DNA of 64,000 bases from Candidatus Brocadiaceae bacterium (GTDB taxonomy: Bacteria; Planctomycetota; Brocadiia; SM23-32). Of this stretch, positions 63,106-64,000 are shown one piece after another. Both the position numbers and the translations under genes were made by a program. The stretch's first letter is position 1. Each line of letters starts with the position of its first letter. The stretch is taken from assembly GCA_963805825.1 (NCBI GenBank), contig CAWDVO010000025.1, forward strand, positions 22,023-86,022, written 5' to 3'. The notes below the pieces were generated by a model that saw only the letters and a program-made list of their open reading frames with translations, did no database searches and was not told the origin of the DNA.

Positions 63106-64000
63106 ATGGCAGACGAGGTGAAGCTGGGCATCATCGGCGTAGGACAGATCGGCAAGAGCCACCTGAAGCGCTACCAGGAGGTGGCCGGCGCCCGCATCGT
63201 GGCCGCCTGCGACACCAACGAGGCGGAGCTGCAGCGCGTAGCGGCCGAGTACAAGATACCGAACACGTTCACCGACTTCCGCCAGTTGCTGGCCATGGAC
63301 GAGATCGTGGCCGTGGACGTCTGCCTGCACAACAACCTGCACGCGCCCATCAGCATAGCGGCCATGGAGGCCGGCAAGAACGTCTACTGCGAGAAGCCGC
63401 TGGCCGGCTCGCTACGCCGACGCCCTGCGCATGGTGGAGACGGCCGACAAGCTGGGCCGCAAGCTGTCCATGCAGTTGGGCAGCCTCTACGGCCCGGAGA
63501 CCGCGGCGGCCAAGCGCCTGATCCGGGACGGCCACCTGGGCCAACCCTACTACGCCAAGAGCAGCTACTACCGCCGGCGAGGGCGCCCCTTCGTCGACGG
63601 CTACGGCACCTACTCGTTCGTGCGCAAGGAGACGGCGGCAGGCGGCGCGCTCTTCGACATGGGCGTCTACCACATTTCCCAGATACTCTACCTGCTCGAC
63701 AACCCCGAGGTGCTCACCATCAGCGGCGCCACCCACCAGGAAGTCGACATGTACGAGGAGCGGCGGCGCGAGGGCAGGTACGACGTGGAGGAGCTGGGCC
63801 TGGCGCTGGTGCGGCTGGGCGGCGGGGTGACCTTCTTCATCGAGGAGGCCTGGGCCATCCACCTGAGCGGCACGGACGGCAGCAAGATAGCGGGCAGCAA
63901 GGGCGGGCTGACGCTGAGCCCGTTCGCCTTCCACACGACGATGAGCGACATCGAGATGGACGCCCACTTCGACCTGGCGGGCGCGCAGACGCGCTGGGGG
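63106..64000 (+). CDS. Gfo/Idh/MocA oxidoreductase, 3' truncated; frameshift near 63410
   Basis: KLGIIGVGQIG, HNNLH, YCEKP, GGALFDMGVYH. Confidence 0.88.
   Translation, partial: MADEVKLGIIGVGQIGKSHLKRYQEVAGARIVAACDTNEAELQRVAAEYKIPNTFTDFRQLLAMDEIVAVDVCLHNNLHAPISIAAMEAGKNVYCEKPLAGSLRRRPAHGGDGRQAGPQAVHAVGQPLRPGDRGGQAPDPGRPPGPTLLRQEQLLPPARAPLRRRLRHLLVRAQGDGGRRRALRHGRLPHFPDTLPARQPRGAHHQRRHPPGSRHVRGAAARGQVRRGGAGPGAGAAGRRGDLLHRGGLGHPPERHGRQQDSGQQGRADAEPVRLPHDDERHRDGRPLRPGGRADALG

Overview
This is a very GC-rich bacterial chromosomal window. A prepilin-type [13 protein letters not shown] gene with a C-terminal H-X9-DG motif, the GTAG-type REP element and the envelope genes suggest a PVC-group organism, probably a planctomycete (inference). 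In order it holds: the 3' end of a GspD secretin; an MdtABC/TolC-like RND operon; a LacI-led operon; a YbhGFSR-like ABC exporter; a compact six-gene biosynthetic operon; GT-C, radical SAM and UbiA genes; several sugar-catabolism genes (GH39, GH36, GH78, GH130, Gfo/Idh/MocA); tRNA-Ser(GGA) with a possible decayed island; ftsH, tilS, an AsmA-like gene, rbsK, a giant LptC/LptA-repeat gene, a second LarA-family gene and pdxB. Many genes, including tilS and ftsH, are broken by single-base indels in clustered blocks, most likely assembly errors. The best candidate for an undescribed system is the operon at 17.7-24.4 kb. It encodes a B12 radical SAM enzyme, a LarA-family racemase, a ThrC/cysteate-synthase-like PLP enzyme, a carrier protein, an adenylating ligase and an LpxL-family acyltransferase. 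It looks like an AlmEFG-style lipid-decoration module with its own enzymes for making an unusual acyl monomer. All family calls come from motif recognition by eye; no searches were run.
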